Positions 1 to 8,180 of a stretch of 37,396 nucleotides of DNA are shown one piece after another. The stretch lies in contig DSAL01000063.1 in NCBI GenBank assembly GCA_011380095.1, positions 1 to 37,396 of the forward strand, given 5' to 3'. Position 1 is the stretch's first letter. The number at the start of each line of letters is the position of its first letter. Source of the DNA: Candidatus Altiarchaeales archaeon. Lineage in GTDB: Archaea > Altiarchaeota > Altiarchaeia > IMC4 > SCGC-AAA252-I15. The translations under genes and the position numbers were made by a program. Under the pieces are notes generated by a model. That model saw only the letters and a list, made by a program, of their open reading frames with translations, was not told the DNA's origin and ran no database searches.

Positions 1-1119
1 AATTAATTCTTTGTACATATCTTTCCCCCAAGTCTCGTAGGGAAAATCTTTGATTCTTTTCAAGCCGGCTTCAACAAGCTTTCTCCTCGCTTTTTCGTCC
101 TCTAAAAGCCGTATTATTTCAGACGCAAGTTGTTTCTCATCATCCACTCTGACAACGACTCCTGCATCTCCTAAAACCCAGGGGGTCGAGCCGGAGTCCA
201 TTCCTATTATTGGAATACCGCACGCCATTGCCTCAAGATATACCATGCCAAATCCCTCGCCAACGGAAGTGAGGACAAATAGTGTCGACTTTTTCATGTA
301 GTCTAAGACCTTCTCCTTTGGAATCTTGCCGAGAAAATTGATTTTATCCCGCACTCCGAGTTTTTCGGCATAATCTTCAAGGGGTTTGGTTTCACCGTCT
401 CCGGCTAAAAACAGTCTTGCGGCGGGCTTTTTCCCGGCTACTTTGGCAAAACACTTTATCAGGTATTCCGGTCTTTTTTCAGGAGACAGTCTTGCCGCGG
501 AAAAGATGGTGTCGGGCACCCCCTCAAGTGAAATGTTTTCTTGCCGTCTGACGCGGTTGGGTATCACGATAATTTTTCTGCCGCCGAGTTCCCTGAGTTT
601 TTTTTCAAGAACCGGCGATACTGCAATATTCACGCTCGAAACCTTCATGTTTAGATGATATAAAAGTTCTGATTTTCGGGTGGAGACACACCATTGGGCT
701 GGAAATCCTATAAAAAAAGACGCATTCCGTATTTTCCTGACCTTTGCAAGAAGATTTGTGAGAAGCCCCAGAAGAAGCGGATTGAAGTTTAGCATGACTG
801 TCCCGCATTCAAGGTGTCTGGATACTGTTTTAAGATACTTTAACACGAAAAAAGTTTTCAGAAACAGAGTTTTGGGGAAACCTGATTTTTTGTAGGAGAT
901 TTTTTCAATGAGAAACTTTCCGTCTGCCGAATAGCCCGTGTTTTCACTGAAACTCCCTGAAACAACAGTAATCTTGTCAAAAAAGGGCTCCAAAACCAAA
1001 AGCCTCTCGCGTATTACTGGCGCGGGAAAAATATTTAACTTATCCCCGATCATGTCATATACGGGTATGGGCGGGATTACGAGTAGTTTCTTCAAAGCGG
1101 CATTTTTGTTTGGTTTCAC
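1..1119 (-). CDS. Glycosyltransferase, GT4/GT1-type (C-terminus runs off the window edge)
   Basis: Absent from the ORF track because it has no stop inside the window. My reverse-strand translation is open from 1119 down to 1. It reads ...FLGKIPKEKVLDYMKKSTLFVLTSVGEGFGMVYLEAMACGIPIIGMDSGSTPWVLGDAGVVV..., the typical E-x7-E C-terminal region of GT4 enzymes. Start is uncertain: GTG 1119 (GTGA overlap with the upstream stop), TTG 1095 (MKKLLVIPP...) or ATG 1053. Confidence 0.8.
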   Translation of the reverse strand, partial: MKPNKNAALKKLLVIPPIPVYDMIGDKLNIFPAPVIRERLLVLEPFFDKITVVSGSFSENTGYSADGKFLIEKISYKKSGFPKTLFLKTFFVLKYLKTVSRHLECGTVMLNFNPLLLGLLTNLLAKVRKIRNASFFIGFPAQWCVSTRKSELLYHLNMKVSSVNIAVSPVLEKKLRELGGRKIIVIPNRVRRQENISLEGVPDTIFSAARLSPEKRPEYLIKCFAKVAGKKPAARLFLAGDGETKPLEDYAEKLGVRDKINFLGKIPKEKVLDYMKKSTLFVLTSVGEGFGMVYLEAMACGIPIIGMDSGSTPWVLGDAGVVVRVDDEKQLASEIIRLLEDEKARRKLVEAGLKRIKDFPYETWGKDMYKELI

Positions 1120-2081
1120 TCAAGACCACCCAGTTGTGAAGCGAGTTTAATCCAGCCGTAGTCTAGCGAGTGCCCCCTGATTTTTTTGCGTTCGAGTTTT
1201 TCTGCTTGAAGAATGGCTTGAGCCAGTTTATCAGGCCTTGATTCTTTGATTAGTACTCCGCATTCTTCCGTCAATATTTCGGGGATTCCTCCGGTATTTG
1301 AGGCGACGACAGGCGTCCCGCAAGCCATTGATTCGAGAATCGACAGTGGTGTTCCCTCCTGTCTTGACGGCAGGCAGAATACTGATGCTTGATTGTAGAA
1401 TCCGGGCATTTTTTCGTGTTCGATATTGCCGTGGTATTTCACGCGGTCTGTTGAGACGCCCGCGGGTTCCCCGACAACATCCAAGACATATTCTTCGGGG
1501 AGATAGTCCATTGTTTTTAGGAGTATGTCGAATCCTTTGGCTTTTCCGACACGGCCGACGAAAAGAACCCTTTTGCTCGACTTCTTGCTCCCGGAAGGCT
1601 TGAACAGTCCCGTGTCAACTCCCGGGTAAGCCAGCACAAGCTTCTCTTTTTTTGAGAACCTTGAAGCGAACTTCAAAAGGCCGTGGTTGATGCAGACAAT
1701 CTTGTCCGCGAAGATGAAGTCGAATAATTCGAGGATTGAGTCAAAGAAAGTGAACGGGAAAAACATGGTGGAGGGATGTTTGAAGATTCTTTGAAGCCCC
1801 GAACCGTGGAAAATAGAGACGACCTTTTTCGTCCGTAAAATTGGCCTGAAGCTGTGGCTGTTGGAGATGACCAGGTCGAAGCCGGAAAGGTCGCGTGGCG
1901 TGATGGAAAACAGTATCATGTTCAATGTCGACTTCAAGTGCCCTGAAAGCTTTTTCCCGGTGGAAATGTATTCAACCTCATGGCCAATCTCTTCAAATGC
2001 AGAACCAAGATTCTTGAGGTAGTTTTCAACCCCGCCAGTATTCTTGAACGGGTCTGAATGATTTAGCAACGCAATCTTCAT
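1116..2081 (-). CDS. Glycosyltransferase, GT4/GT1-type
   Basis: 321-aa ORF. N-terminus is MKIALLNHSDPFKNTGGVENY. C-terminal motif is FCLPSRQEGTPLSILESMACGTPVVASNTGGIPE. It has a 4-nt overlap with the upstream gene (2078-2081). Confidence 0.85.
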   Translation of the reverse strand: MKIALLNHSDPFKNTGGVENYLKNLGSAFEEIGHEVEYISTGKKLSGHLKSTLNMILFSITPRDLSGFDLVISNSHSFRPILRTKKVVSIFHGSGLQRIFKHPSTMFFPFTFFDSILELFDFIFADKIVCINHGLLKFASRFSKKEKLVLAYPGVDTGLFKPSGSKKSSKRVLFVGRVGKAKGFDILLKTMDYLPEEYVLDVVGEPAGVSTDRVKYHGNIEHEKMPGFYNQASVFCLPSRQEGTPLSILESMACGTPVVASNTGGIPEILTEECGVLIKESRPDKLAQAILQAEKLERKKIRGHSLDYGWIKLASQLGGLE

Positions 2082-3184
2082 TGATCACCACCGTAAGCGT
2101 TCAACAGATTTTTGGAAATCGACTTCCAGCCGTACTCGTCTTCGGCGCGTTTTCTCGCCAAAGACGCCTTATGCCCGGCATCTTCAGGATTCTCGTGAAT
2201 CTTTCTGAAAGCCTTGGCCAAAGCCTTCGGGTCGCCGGGCGCAACCAGGTATCCTGTTCCCCCAAGGATTTTGGGGAGGTCGCCGACAGATGATGCGACA
2301 ATCGGCTTTCCCAAACCCATGTACTCGAAAATCTTCATGTTGCATTGGTATCGAACGCCAGGCAGGTCCTCGAATGGAGCCGTCAAGACATCCGCCAACG
2401 CCAGTACTTTAGGAAGGTCATCATGAAACACCCGGCCCTTGAAGTCAAAGAAGTCTTCCAGTTTTTTCTCTGCCACAATAGACTTGAGTTTCGCAAGACC
2501 GTCGCCTGAGCCGACGATAATGCATTTTATTTTGGGGATGTCTTTTCGGGCAAGAGCGACCGCGGCAACTATCGGGAGTATATGCCTGTACTTTTGTATC
2601 ATGCCGAGAAACAAGATGTTAAACCCCTCGTGTTTTTCACTCGACGGCCTGAACTTCTCCAAGTCCACGCCATTCGGGACGTAAAAACACTTGCCGTGGT
2701 ATTTTCCCGCAATTTTCTCCTTCAAAAGAAGATGGTTGGCGTAGAGTATCGCATCAGAGAATGCTGACCCGATTTTCGTGAAAATTTGCGAAACAAGAAT
2801 CTTGAATGCCGACTCCCCGTTATCGTTCAAAGTGTAGGGGTCCCACTCGTCGCAGTCGAAGACAAGCCTGCAACCGGAAGTCCACTTGTAGACCAATGCG
2901 GGAATCAGTGTGAAGGGGTGAGGCTTCAATGCGTGGACGACGTCCGGCCTGAAGTTCCTCAAAAACTTTAAAGTATTCAAGGTCCAGGCCGGAAGTTTCA
3001 GCAAAGACTTGTCTTCCAGAGGAAAGAAAAGATGCGTATCTTCCGGCGACCCGCCATACCTGTCGTTTTTCGGAAGAATAATAACCCAGTCTAAACTGGT
3101 CTCCTTCACAAGGTCGCGAAGGCGGGTCGAACCCCCGCCAGACATTGAAAACGGTGAGATTAATGCGGCTTTCACTTTAAACAA
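2078..3184 (-). CDS. Glycosyltransferase, GT4/GT1-type
   Basis: 368-aa ORF. The C-terminal half, ...FLGMIQKYRHI...VGSGDG...KIFEYMGLGKPIVASSVGDLPKIL, fits the Glycos_transf_1 fold. Same strand and operon as the flanking GTs. Confidence 0.8.
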   Translation of the reverse strand: MFKVKAALISPFSMSGGGSTRLRDLVKETSLDWVIILPKNDRYGGSPEDTHLFFPLEDKSLLKLPAWTLNTLKFLRNFRPDVVHALKPHPFTLIPALVYKWTSGCRLVFDCDEWDPYTLNDNGESAFKILVSQIFTKIGSAFSDAILYANHLLLKEKIAGKYHGKCFYVPNGVDLEKFRPSSEKHEGFNILFLGMIQKYRHILPIVAAVALARKDIPKIKCIIVGSGDGLAKLKSIVAEKKLEDFFDFKGRVFHDDLPKVLALADVLTAPFEDLPGVRYQCNMKIFEYMGLGKPIVASSVGDLPKILGGTGYLVAPGDPKALAKAFRKIHENPEDAGHKASLARKRAEDEYGWKSISKNLLNAYGGDQ

Positions 3185-3208
3185 AATGGGATTAGACGGT
3201 TAAAGTCT

Positions 3209-4339
3209 TTATTTCACAAGACTTTCGTACTCTTCCTTGATTTTCCCGCAGACCGCATCTGCCGTGAAAAGCTCTTCCACACGCCTCCTGCCTAAAACAC
3301 CATCATCGACCGCCAGCTCCTCATCCGACAATAGTTTGATTAAAGCTTCTGAAAGCGCCTTCGGATTTCTCGGCTCAACAGTCAAGCCGGCTTCCCCCAC
3401 CACATACGGCATCCCTGAAATGTTGGTGGTGACCGTCGGCTTCCCGCACGCCATGGCTTCCGCCAAAACAATCCCGAACGCTTCGGCGCGGGTGACGGAT
3501 GGAAGCGCGAAAACATCGCAGGCCGCATAATACTTCGCAAGAGAATCATCTCCAACACGCCCTGCGAAAACGACACTGTCATCCAAACCAAAACCTGAAA
3601 CCTGTTTTTTCAACTTTTCTTCGAGTTCTCCGCTTCCAACCAATACAAGTTTCGCGTCAACCTGTTTGTCCAAAATAATCTTGAATGCGTCAATCAAGTA
3701 TTCCAAGCCCTTGTAGGGGACGAACCTTCCTACGAACAAGATTATTTTTTCTCCGCCTGGCGCCAGCTTCTTTCTCAAATCCTTCGCGTCGATTTGCGGA
3801 TTGTATTTTTGCGGGTCAACGAAATTGGGGGTAATCTTAATTTTGCCACGATACCGCTTCAAAGTCTTTGAGGATTCAGCATAGTCGGGGCTTGTCGCGA
3901 AAATTATTTTAGCTTTCCACAATACGAGTCTTTCGAAAAACCGGTAGAATAGTTTGAATGGAATGTGATACCACCTGTCTTTCACTATGTCGGCGTGATA
4001 TGTGACCGCCATTGGCTTTCGCTTCAAGACGCTCGCAATCAAAGCAGAGATGCTGTTGACGGGGTCCGGAAGATTGACGTCGATCAAGTCGTAGTCTTTT
4101 CGCAAGAGATTCAAGAGTATTCCCGGGGAAAACAGGGCGTTGAATACATCAAGAAATACGCTTGAGCGGTATACTTTAATCCCGTCGATGTCTTCAAACG
4201 AGGACGTCTCTTTTTCATGCGATGTGAAAACCAGGACTTCAACGTCATGCTTTGCAAGCCAGCGGGACAAGTCCAAAACCCGATATTCCAAACCCCCAAG
4301 ATACGGGTAGAAGTGTTTGGATACCATCGCCACCCGCAT
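3209..4339 (-). CDS. Glycosyltransferase, GT4/GT1-type
   Basis: N-terminus MRVAMVSKHFYPYLGGLE is a classic GT4 start. C-terminal motif is FALPSVTRAEAFGIVLAEAMACGKPTVTTNISGMPYVV. The ORF track starts at 4357; I prefer ATG 4339, 3 nt after the upstream stop. Confidence 0.85.
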   Translation of the reverse strand: MRVAMVSKHFYPYLGGLEYRVLDLSRWLAKHDVEVLVFTSHEKETSSFEDIDGIKVYRSSVFLDVFNALFSPGILLNLLRKDYDLIDVNLPDPVNSISALIASVLKRKPMAVTYHADIVKDRWYHIPFKLFYRFFERLVLWKAKIIFATSPDYAESSKTLKRYRGKIKITPNFVDPQKYNPQIDAKDLRKKLAPGGEKIILFVGRFVPYKGLEYLIDAFKIILDKQVDAKLVLVGSGELEEKLKKQVSGFGLDDSVVFAGRVGDDSLAKYYAACDVFALPSVTRAEAFGIVLAEAMACGKPTVTTNISGMPYVVGEAGLTVEPRNPKALSEALIKLLSDEELAVDDGVLGRRRVEELFTADAVCGKIKEEYESLVK

Positions 4340-4341
4340 TG

Positions 4342-5301
4342 CTACACCACGCTCCAAACGGCAATTACCGCGAAAACAATCTCTATCCCAAGAATCGTCA
4401 AAACCAGCCGGGTTTCTGTTATCCCGCCGCTCAAGTACATGACAAGCCGTCCAAGACCGTAGACTTCACTTTTTTTATTGCAGACAAGTTTTCCTCCCTC
4501 AACCCCGCAAAACGACGGCATCCGGAATTTTCCGCGAACCTTCAAAAACAATTCCAAGAAGAATGGGATTATCAGGATTGCTCCAACACGCTCTATGTCG
4601 CCGATGATGACGGATGATGCGACTACCGCGCCGATTGAAAGAGTCCCGGAGTCTCCGATAAATATTTTCGCGGGATTCCAGTTGAAGAAGAGAAATGCCA
4701 GCAGTGCCCCCGCCATGGCGGCCGAAAGTATGAACGCCTCGCTCTCCCCGACAATGATTGAGACGAACGCTATTGTAGCGCACATTATGAGTCCAATGCC
4801 GGCTTCAAGACCGTTGAATCCTGCGAGCATGTTGCATGCGTTGGCAGCGCCCGTTATTGCTATTGGAATAAGGAGAAGCGGATAGAGTATTCCAAAGTCC
4901 ACCGGACCGATGACTGGGAACGTCATCGTGGTTACTCCCGCCTTGACCGCGACAAGCGGGAGCGCCGCGAAAATCGGGAGCAATGCTTTCGTGGATTGTC
5001 GGACATAGATTAGGTCGTCGATAATCCCGATGATTGATATTATCAACACGACGCTCAAGCCTGAAAGAAGAAGCGTCATGTCGAAAGAGCCGTTGCCCAA
5101 CGCGATTGAAAACAATACTGCGACGACAAAGCCGGCTACAATAGAAAGTCCGCCCATCTCCGGAACGTCCGGCTTAGACGCTTTGTTCATGTCTTTGACA
5201 GTCAGGCCGGCGTCGGAAAGCCTTCTGATAAACCATGGTGTCGCCAAAAGCGTGAATGCCATCGCGACAAGGGGTATGAAGACGTATTCCGGCTCTATCA
5301 T
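4342..5301 (-). CDS. Polyprenyl/dolichyl-phosphate N-acetylhexosamine-1-phosphate transferase (MraY/WecA/AglH family)
   Basis: 319-aa multi-pass membrane protein. Family motifs are GIIDDLIYVRQSTK, NACNMLAGFNGLEAG and FIGDSGTLSIG. It is the first gene of the GT operon. Confidence 0.85.
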   Translation of the reverse strand: MIEPEYVFIPLVAMAFTLLATPWFIRRLSDAGLTVKDMNKASKPDVPEMGGLSIVAGFVVAVLFSIALGNGSFDMTLLLSGLSVVLIISIIGIIDDLIYVRQSTKALLPIFAALPLVAVKAGVTTMTFPVIGPVDFGILYPLLLIPIAITGAANACNMLAGFNGLEAGIGLIMCATIAFVSIIVGESEAFILSAAMAGALLAFLFFNWNPAKIFIGDSGTLSIGAVVASSVIIGDIERVGAILIIPFFLELFLKVRGKFRMPSFCGVEGGKLVCNKKSEVYGLGRLVMYLSGGITETRLVLTILGIEIVFAVIAVWSVV

Positions 5302-5386
5302 TGTCGTGTAATAAATCTAAAAGACGGTTAAAAACAGGAGGGTGTGGGGCGTTTAAATAAGAGTTTTCATTTATTGTATTTGAGAG

Positions 5387-5551
5387 ATGGATTTAACTAG
5401 GATTCCCGTATGGGAGTTGGCGTTGATGGCGGCGGCGGGCGTTGCGGTAGTAATCGTATTCATGCTCTGGTGGTTCCTCGGCTACGACCTGGCTGTCGTA
5501 GCCAAAGCCGGAGCCTCAATGCAGGCGGGTCTTGCGTCAATTCTAGTTTAG
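5387..5551 (+). CDS. Small hypothetical membrane protein (54 aa, below the ORF-track cutoff)
   Basis: Hand translation gives MDLTRIPVWELALMAAAGVAVVIVFMLWWFLGYDLAVVAKAGASMQAGLASILV*. It has one clear TM helix. A TTTAAATA TATA-like box at 5352-5359 lies about 30 nt upstream of the ATG. The 3-prime end overlaps the convergent PadR gene by 9 nt. Confidence 0.3.
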   Translation: MDLTRIPVWELALMAAAGVAVVIVFMLWWFLGYDLAVVAKAGASMQAGLASILV

Positions 5552-5872
5552 GCCGGATTGCCTAAATAGTTTTTTTGTGAGGAGTTGAACGTATTTTTCG
5601 CCTTTTTTCAGAAGATTCTCGCCTTCTTCGGTTATCGTATAGTATTTCCTCTTCCTGTTTTCGATGGTCTCCCACTGGGCTTTCACGAATCCGTCGCGCT
5701 CGAGCTTGTATAATACCATGTAGGCTGTAACCTGCCCTATCTTGAAGCCTGACTGGCTTTCAAGCTTTTCCCTGACTTCATAGGCGTAGAGTGGCTTGTC
5801 CTTCATGAGCGAGAGGATATGAATCCAAAGGCATTCGATTGTCGTCTTTCTCTTAAGCCTCTCCAACGGCAT
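5543..5872 (-). CDS. PadR-family winged-helix transcriptional regulator
   Basis: 109 aa. The stretch YAYEVREKLESQSGFKIGQVTAYMVLYKLERDGFVKAQWETIENRKRKYYTITEEGENLL matches the PadR wHTH signature. Confidence 0.8.
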   Translation of the reverse strand: MPLERLKRKTTIECLWIHILSLMKDKPLYAYEVREKLESQSGFKIGQVTAYMVLYKLERDGFVKAQWETIENRKRKYYTITEEGENLLKKGEKYVQLLTKKLFRQSGLN

Positions 5873-5952
5873 TGTTTTACACCCGTAAAATAATTTATTA
5901 ACTATTGAACCTATTGTTTTACAGTTATAAAATAAGAGATGGTGTTTGGATT
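5873..5952. promoter_or_regulatory. Divergent promoter region between the PadR and inositol-phosphate synthase genes
   Basis: AT-rich 80-nt spacer. A TTATAAAATA TATA-like element at 5925-5934 lies 19-28 nt upstream of ATG 5953. TAATTTATTA at 5891-5900 could serve the minus-strand PadR gene. Confidence 0.4.
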
Positions 5953-7038
5953 ATGGGCAGAATCAAGATTGCACTGGTCGGAGTTGGAAACTGCGCCTCA
6001 AGCCTCGTGCAGGGACGCGAATACTACAAGAACATTGACGGAAACGACCCGCTCGTGCCGGGACTAATGCACAACGTGGTCGGCGGATACGCGATAAAAG
6101 ACATCGATTTTGTCGCCGCATTCGACATAGACAAAAACAAGGTGGGAAAAGACTTGGGCGACGCTGTTTTCTCAAAACCAAACTGCACTACAAAATTCAG
6201 TGACGTCCCGGAATGGAAGGTTGAAGTCAAAAAGGGCCCGGTCCTCGACGGAGTCGGCGAAACCACGAAAGACAAGTTCCTGGTGGACCCAAGCCAGACG
6301 CCGGTTGATGTCGCAAGAGAACTCGAAGACTCTGGAGCCGAAATCCTCATGAACTACCTGCCGGTAGGCTCGGAAAAGGCCGCAAGATTCTACGCGGAAG
6401 AATGCCTGAAAGCCGGAGTCGCATTCATCAACGCCATGCCAGTCTTCATAGCATCAACCAAAGAGTGGGACGAGCGTTTCAGGCAGGCGGGAGTCCCGAC
6501 AATCGGCGACGACATCAAAAGCCAGCTTGGCGCAACAATCGTACACCGCGTCCTGACAAAACTTTTCGTCGACAGGGGAGTGAAACTCGACCACACATAC
6601 CAGCTGAATGTCGGCGGAAACACCGACTTTCTGAACATGCTCGAACGAACCAGACTAAAAAGCAAGAAAATCAGCAAGACGCAGTCCGTCCAATCACAGC
6701 TTCCAACAAAACTCGCGCCAGAAGACATACACATCGGTCCGTCAGACTACGTCCCCTGGCTGAACGACAACAAGCTCTGCTTCATCAGGATGGAGGGCAG
6801 GAAATTCGGCGACGTCCCCCTAAACCTCGAGTTAAGGCTTTCGGTTGAAGACAGCCCTAACAGCGCGGGAGTCATGGTTGACGCGATAAGGTGCGCGAAA
6901 CTCGCACTCGACCGAGGAGTATCAGGAACTCTCACAAGCCCGTCAAGCTATTTCATGAAAAGCCCGATGATACAGTACAGTGACGACGTGTGCAGAAATC
7001 TTGTGGAAGAATACATCAAAGGCGAAAGAGAAAGATAG
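5953..7038 (+). CDS. ino1: myo-Inositol-1-phosphate synthase (actinobacterial/Thermotoga-type Ino1)
   Basis: The ORF aligns end to end by eye with M. tuberculosis Ino1. Matching stretches include [91 protein letters not shown] and FGDVPLNLE. The track starts at TTG 5905; ATG 5953 ([13 protein letters not shown]) is preferred. Confidence 0.93.
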   Translation: MGRIKIALVGVGNCASSLVQGREYYKNIDGNDPLVPGLMHNVVGGYAIKDIDFVAAFDIDKNKVGKDLGDAVFSKPNCTTKFSDVPEWKVEVKKGPVLDGVGETTKDKFLVDPSQTPVDVARELEDSGAEILMNYLPVGSEKAARFYAEECLKAGVAFINAMPVFIASTKEWDERFRQAGVPTIGDDIKSQLGATIVHRVLTKLFVDRGVKLDHTYQLNVGGNTDFLNMLERTRLKSKKISKTQSVQSQLPTKLAPEDIHIGPSDYVPWLNDNKLCFIRMEGRKFGDVPLNLELRLSVEDSPNSAGVMVDAIRCAKLALDRGVSGTLTSPSSYFMKSPMIQYSDDVCRNLVEEYIKGERER

Positions 7039-7088
7039 TGGATTAATGCAGGAGGTAAAAAAACCCCACCACCAAACACTTTTCCAAG

Positions 7089-7096
7089 TTTTTTAA
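7089..7096 (+). promoter_or_regulatory. TATA-like box (TTTTTTAA) inside a 16-mer shared with the C/D sRNA promoter
   Basis: TTCCAAGTTTTTTAAG at 7082-7097 is identical to 36372-36387. It lies about 35-40 nt upstream of ATG 7131, implying a short leader or none. Confidence 0.4.
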
Positions 7097-7130
7097 GGGC
7101 GTAAAAGAAAGTTTGTTTCAGGCAAAAAAA

Positions 7131-7742
7131 ATGTTGAAGTCAAGCTTTGGAAGACAGGTCGAATGGATTAGCGTGAAAATAGGGATAGTTTTCGCAAGAC
7201 TCAGAATTCCACCGAACATTTGGACTATACTCGCGCTCGCCCCCGCCATAATCGGACTCTACGCACTATACCAAAAAATGCTTTTTGAGGCGGTAGTCCT
7301 CTTCTTCATATCAGGCTTCATCGACGCGATAGACGGCGCGGTCGCGAGAGTCACAGGGTCGGAGAGCGCGATTGGAGCGTTCCTAGACGGCGTCGTCGAC
7401 AGGTATGTGGAAATATTTCTCTACATAGGACTCCTAACCTATCTTTCAGGGACTGCCACGCCGATAATCCCGCTTGAGGCCTGGATTATCGTGCTCGTAT
7501 TCGGGGCTCTCATGCCCTCCTTCATAACGGCGTACGCAGACCACAGGGGCGTCATAACAGAGCCTGAAAAGCTTAAGAGGATGGGTGGCCTGATAGAGCG
7601 TGCGGAACGCTTGAACATACTCTATCTCGGAATGATTTTAGGGATATTTGATGTAATTTACCTGGTATATGCTGTGGTCGGAGTCGCAGTACTGGCTAAT
7701 CTGACGGCATTACAGCGGACTGCGTACGTCCTCAGGCACTAA
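7131..7742 (+). CDS. CDP-alcohol phosphatidyltransferase, likely archaetidylinositol-phosphate synthase
   Basis: The motif DAIDGAVARVTGSESAIGAFLDGVVDR matches D-x2-DG-x2-AR-x8-G-x3-D-x3-D. Multi-TM protein. Adjacency to MIPS suggests an inositol-phosphate acceptor (inference). The track starts at TTG 7113; ATG 7131 is preferred. Confidence 0.75.
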   Translation: MLKSSFGRQVEWISVKIGIVFARLRIPPNIWTILALAPAIIGLYALYQKMLFEAVVLFFISGFIDAIDGAVARVTGSESAIGAFLDGVVDRYVEIFLYIGLLTYLSGTATPIIPLEAWIIVLVFGALMPSFITAYADHRGVITEPEKLKRMGGLIERAERLNILYLGMILGIFDVIYLVYAVVGVAVLANLTALQRTAYVLRH

Positions 7743-7835
7743 AGACCCTTGAAACATTCGGCCTTATCAGATATTTGATATATATACTTGTATTATACTT
7801 TTTTAGGGAATAGTACCTTAATTGTAGAAGGCAAT

Positions 7836-8180
7836 ATGGAAGAGCAGGAGCCGGTGATGGAGGAGATAACGCCAAGACAGCTTGTAGAGAGGCTTATCGA
7901 AAAGCACGACCGCTTCATCAGCGACTATGAAAACAGCGTTGAGGGAGCGAAAAGACTGCACATTCTCAGGGAAAAGAAAGACCAGCTTGAACACTGGGTG
8001 GCGGACGGCGGAGGCGAAATGTTTGAGAAGCAGTTTCAGGCCACCGTGAAAGAACTCGCAGACCTTGAGAAATCCATGATTTCAACAGAGTTAAGCCAAG
8101 CCCAGATGACGGCGCGACTGGACGACCACAAGGGCGCCAAGAAATATTGGGTGAAAAAGCTGGAGGAGATGGGGCAATGA
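7836..8180 (+). CDS. Hypothetical helical/coiled-coil protein
   Basis: MEEQEPVMEEITPRQLVERLIEKHDRF...; charged and helical with no motif I recognise. Its stop overlaps the next start (ATGA at 8177-8180). The track starts at TTG 7788; ATG 7836 is preferred. Confidence 0.6.
   Translation: MEEQEPVMEEITPRQLVERLIEKHDRFISDYENSVEGAKRLHILREKKDQLEHWVADGGGEMFEKQFQATVKELADLEKSMISTELSQAQMTARLDDHKGAKKYWVKKLEEMGQ

Noticed and set aside
50-1150. Four short + strand ORFs (50-301, 386-658, 680-895, 938-1150) and the minus-strand ORF at 605-808
   Set aside because: All lie inside or out of frame with the long minus-strand GT4 reading frame, which is open across 1-1119 and carries clear glycosyltransferase motifs.
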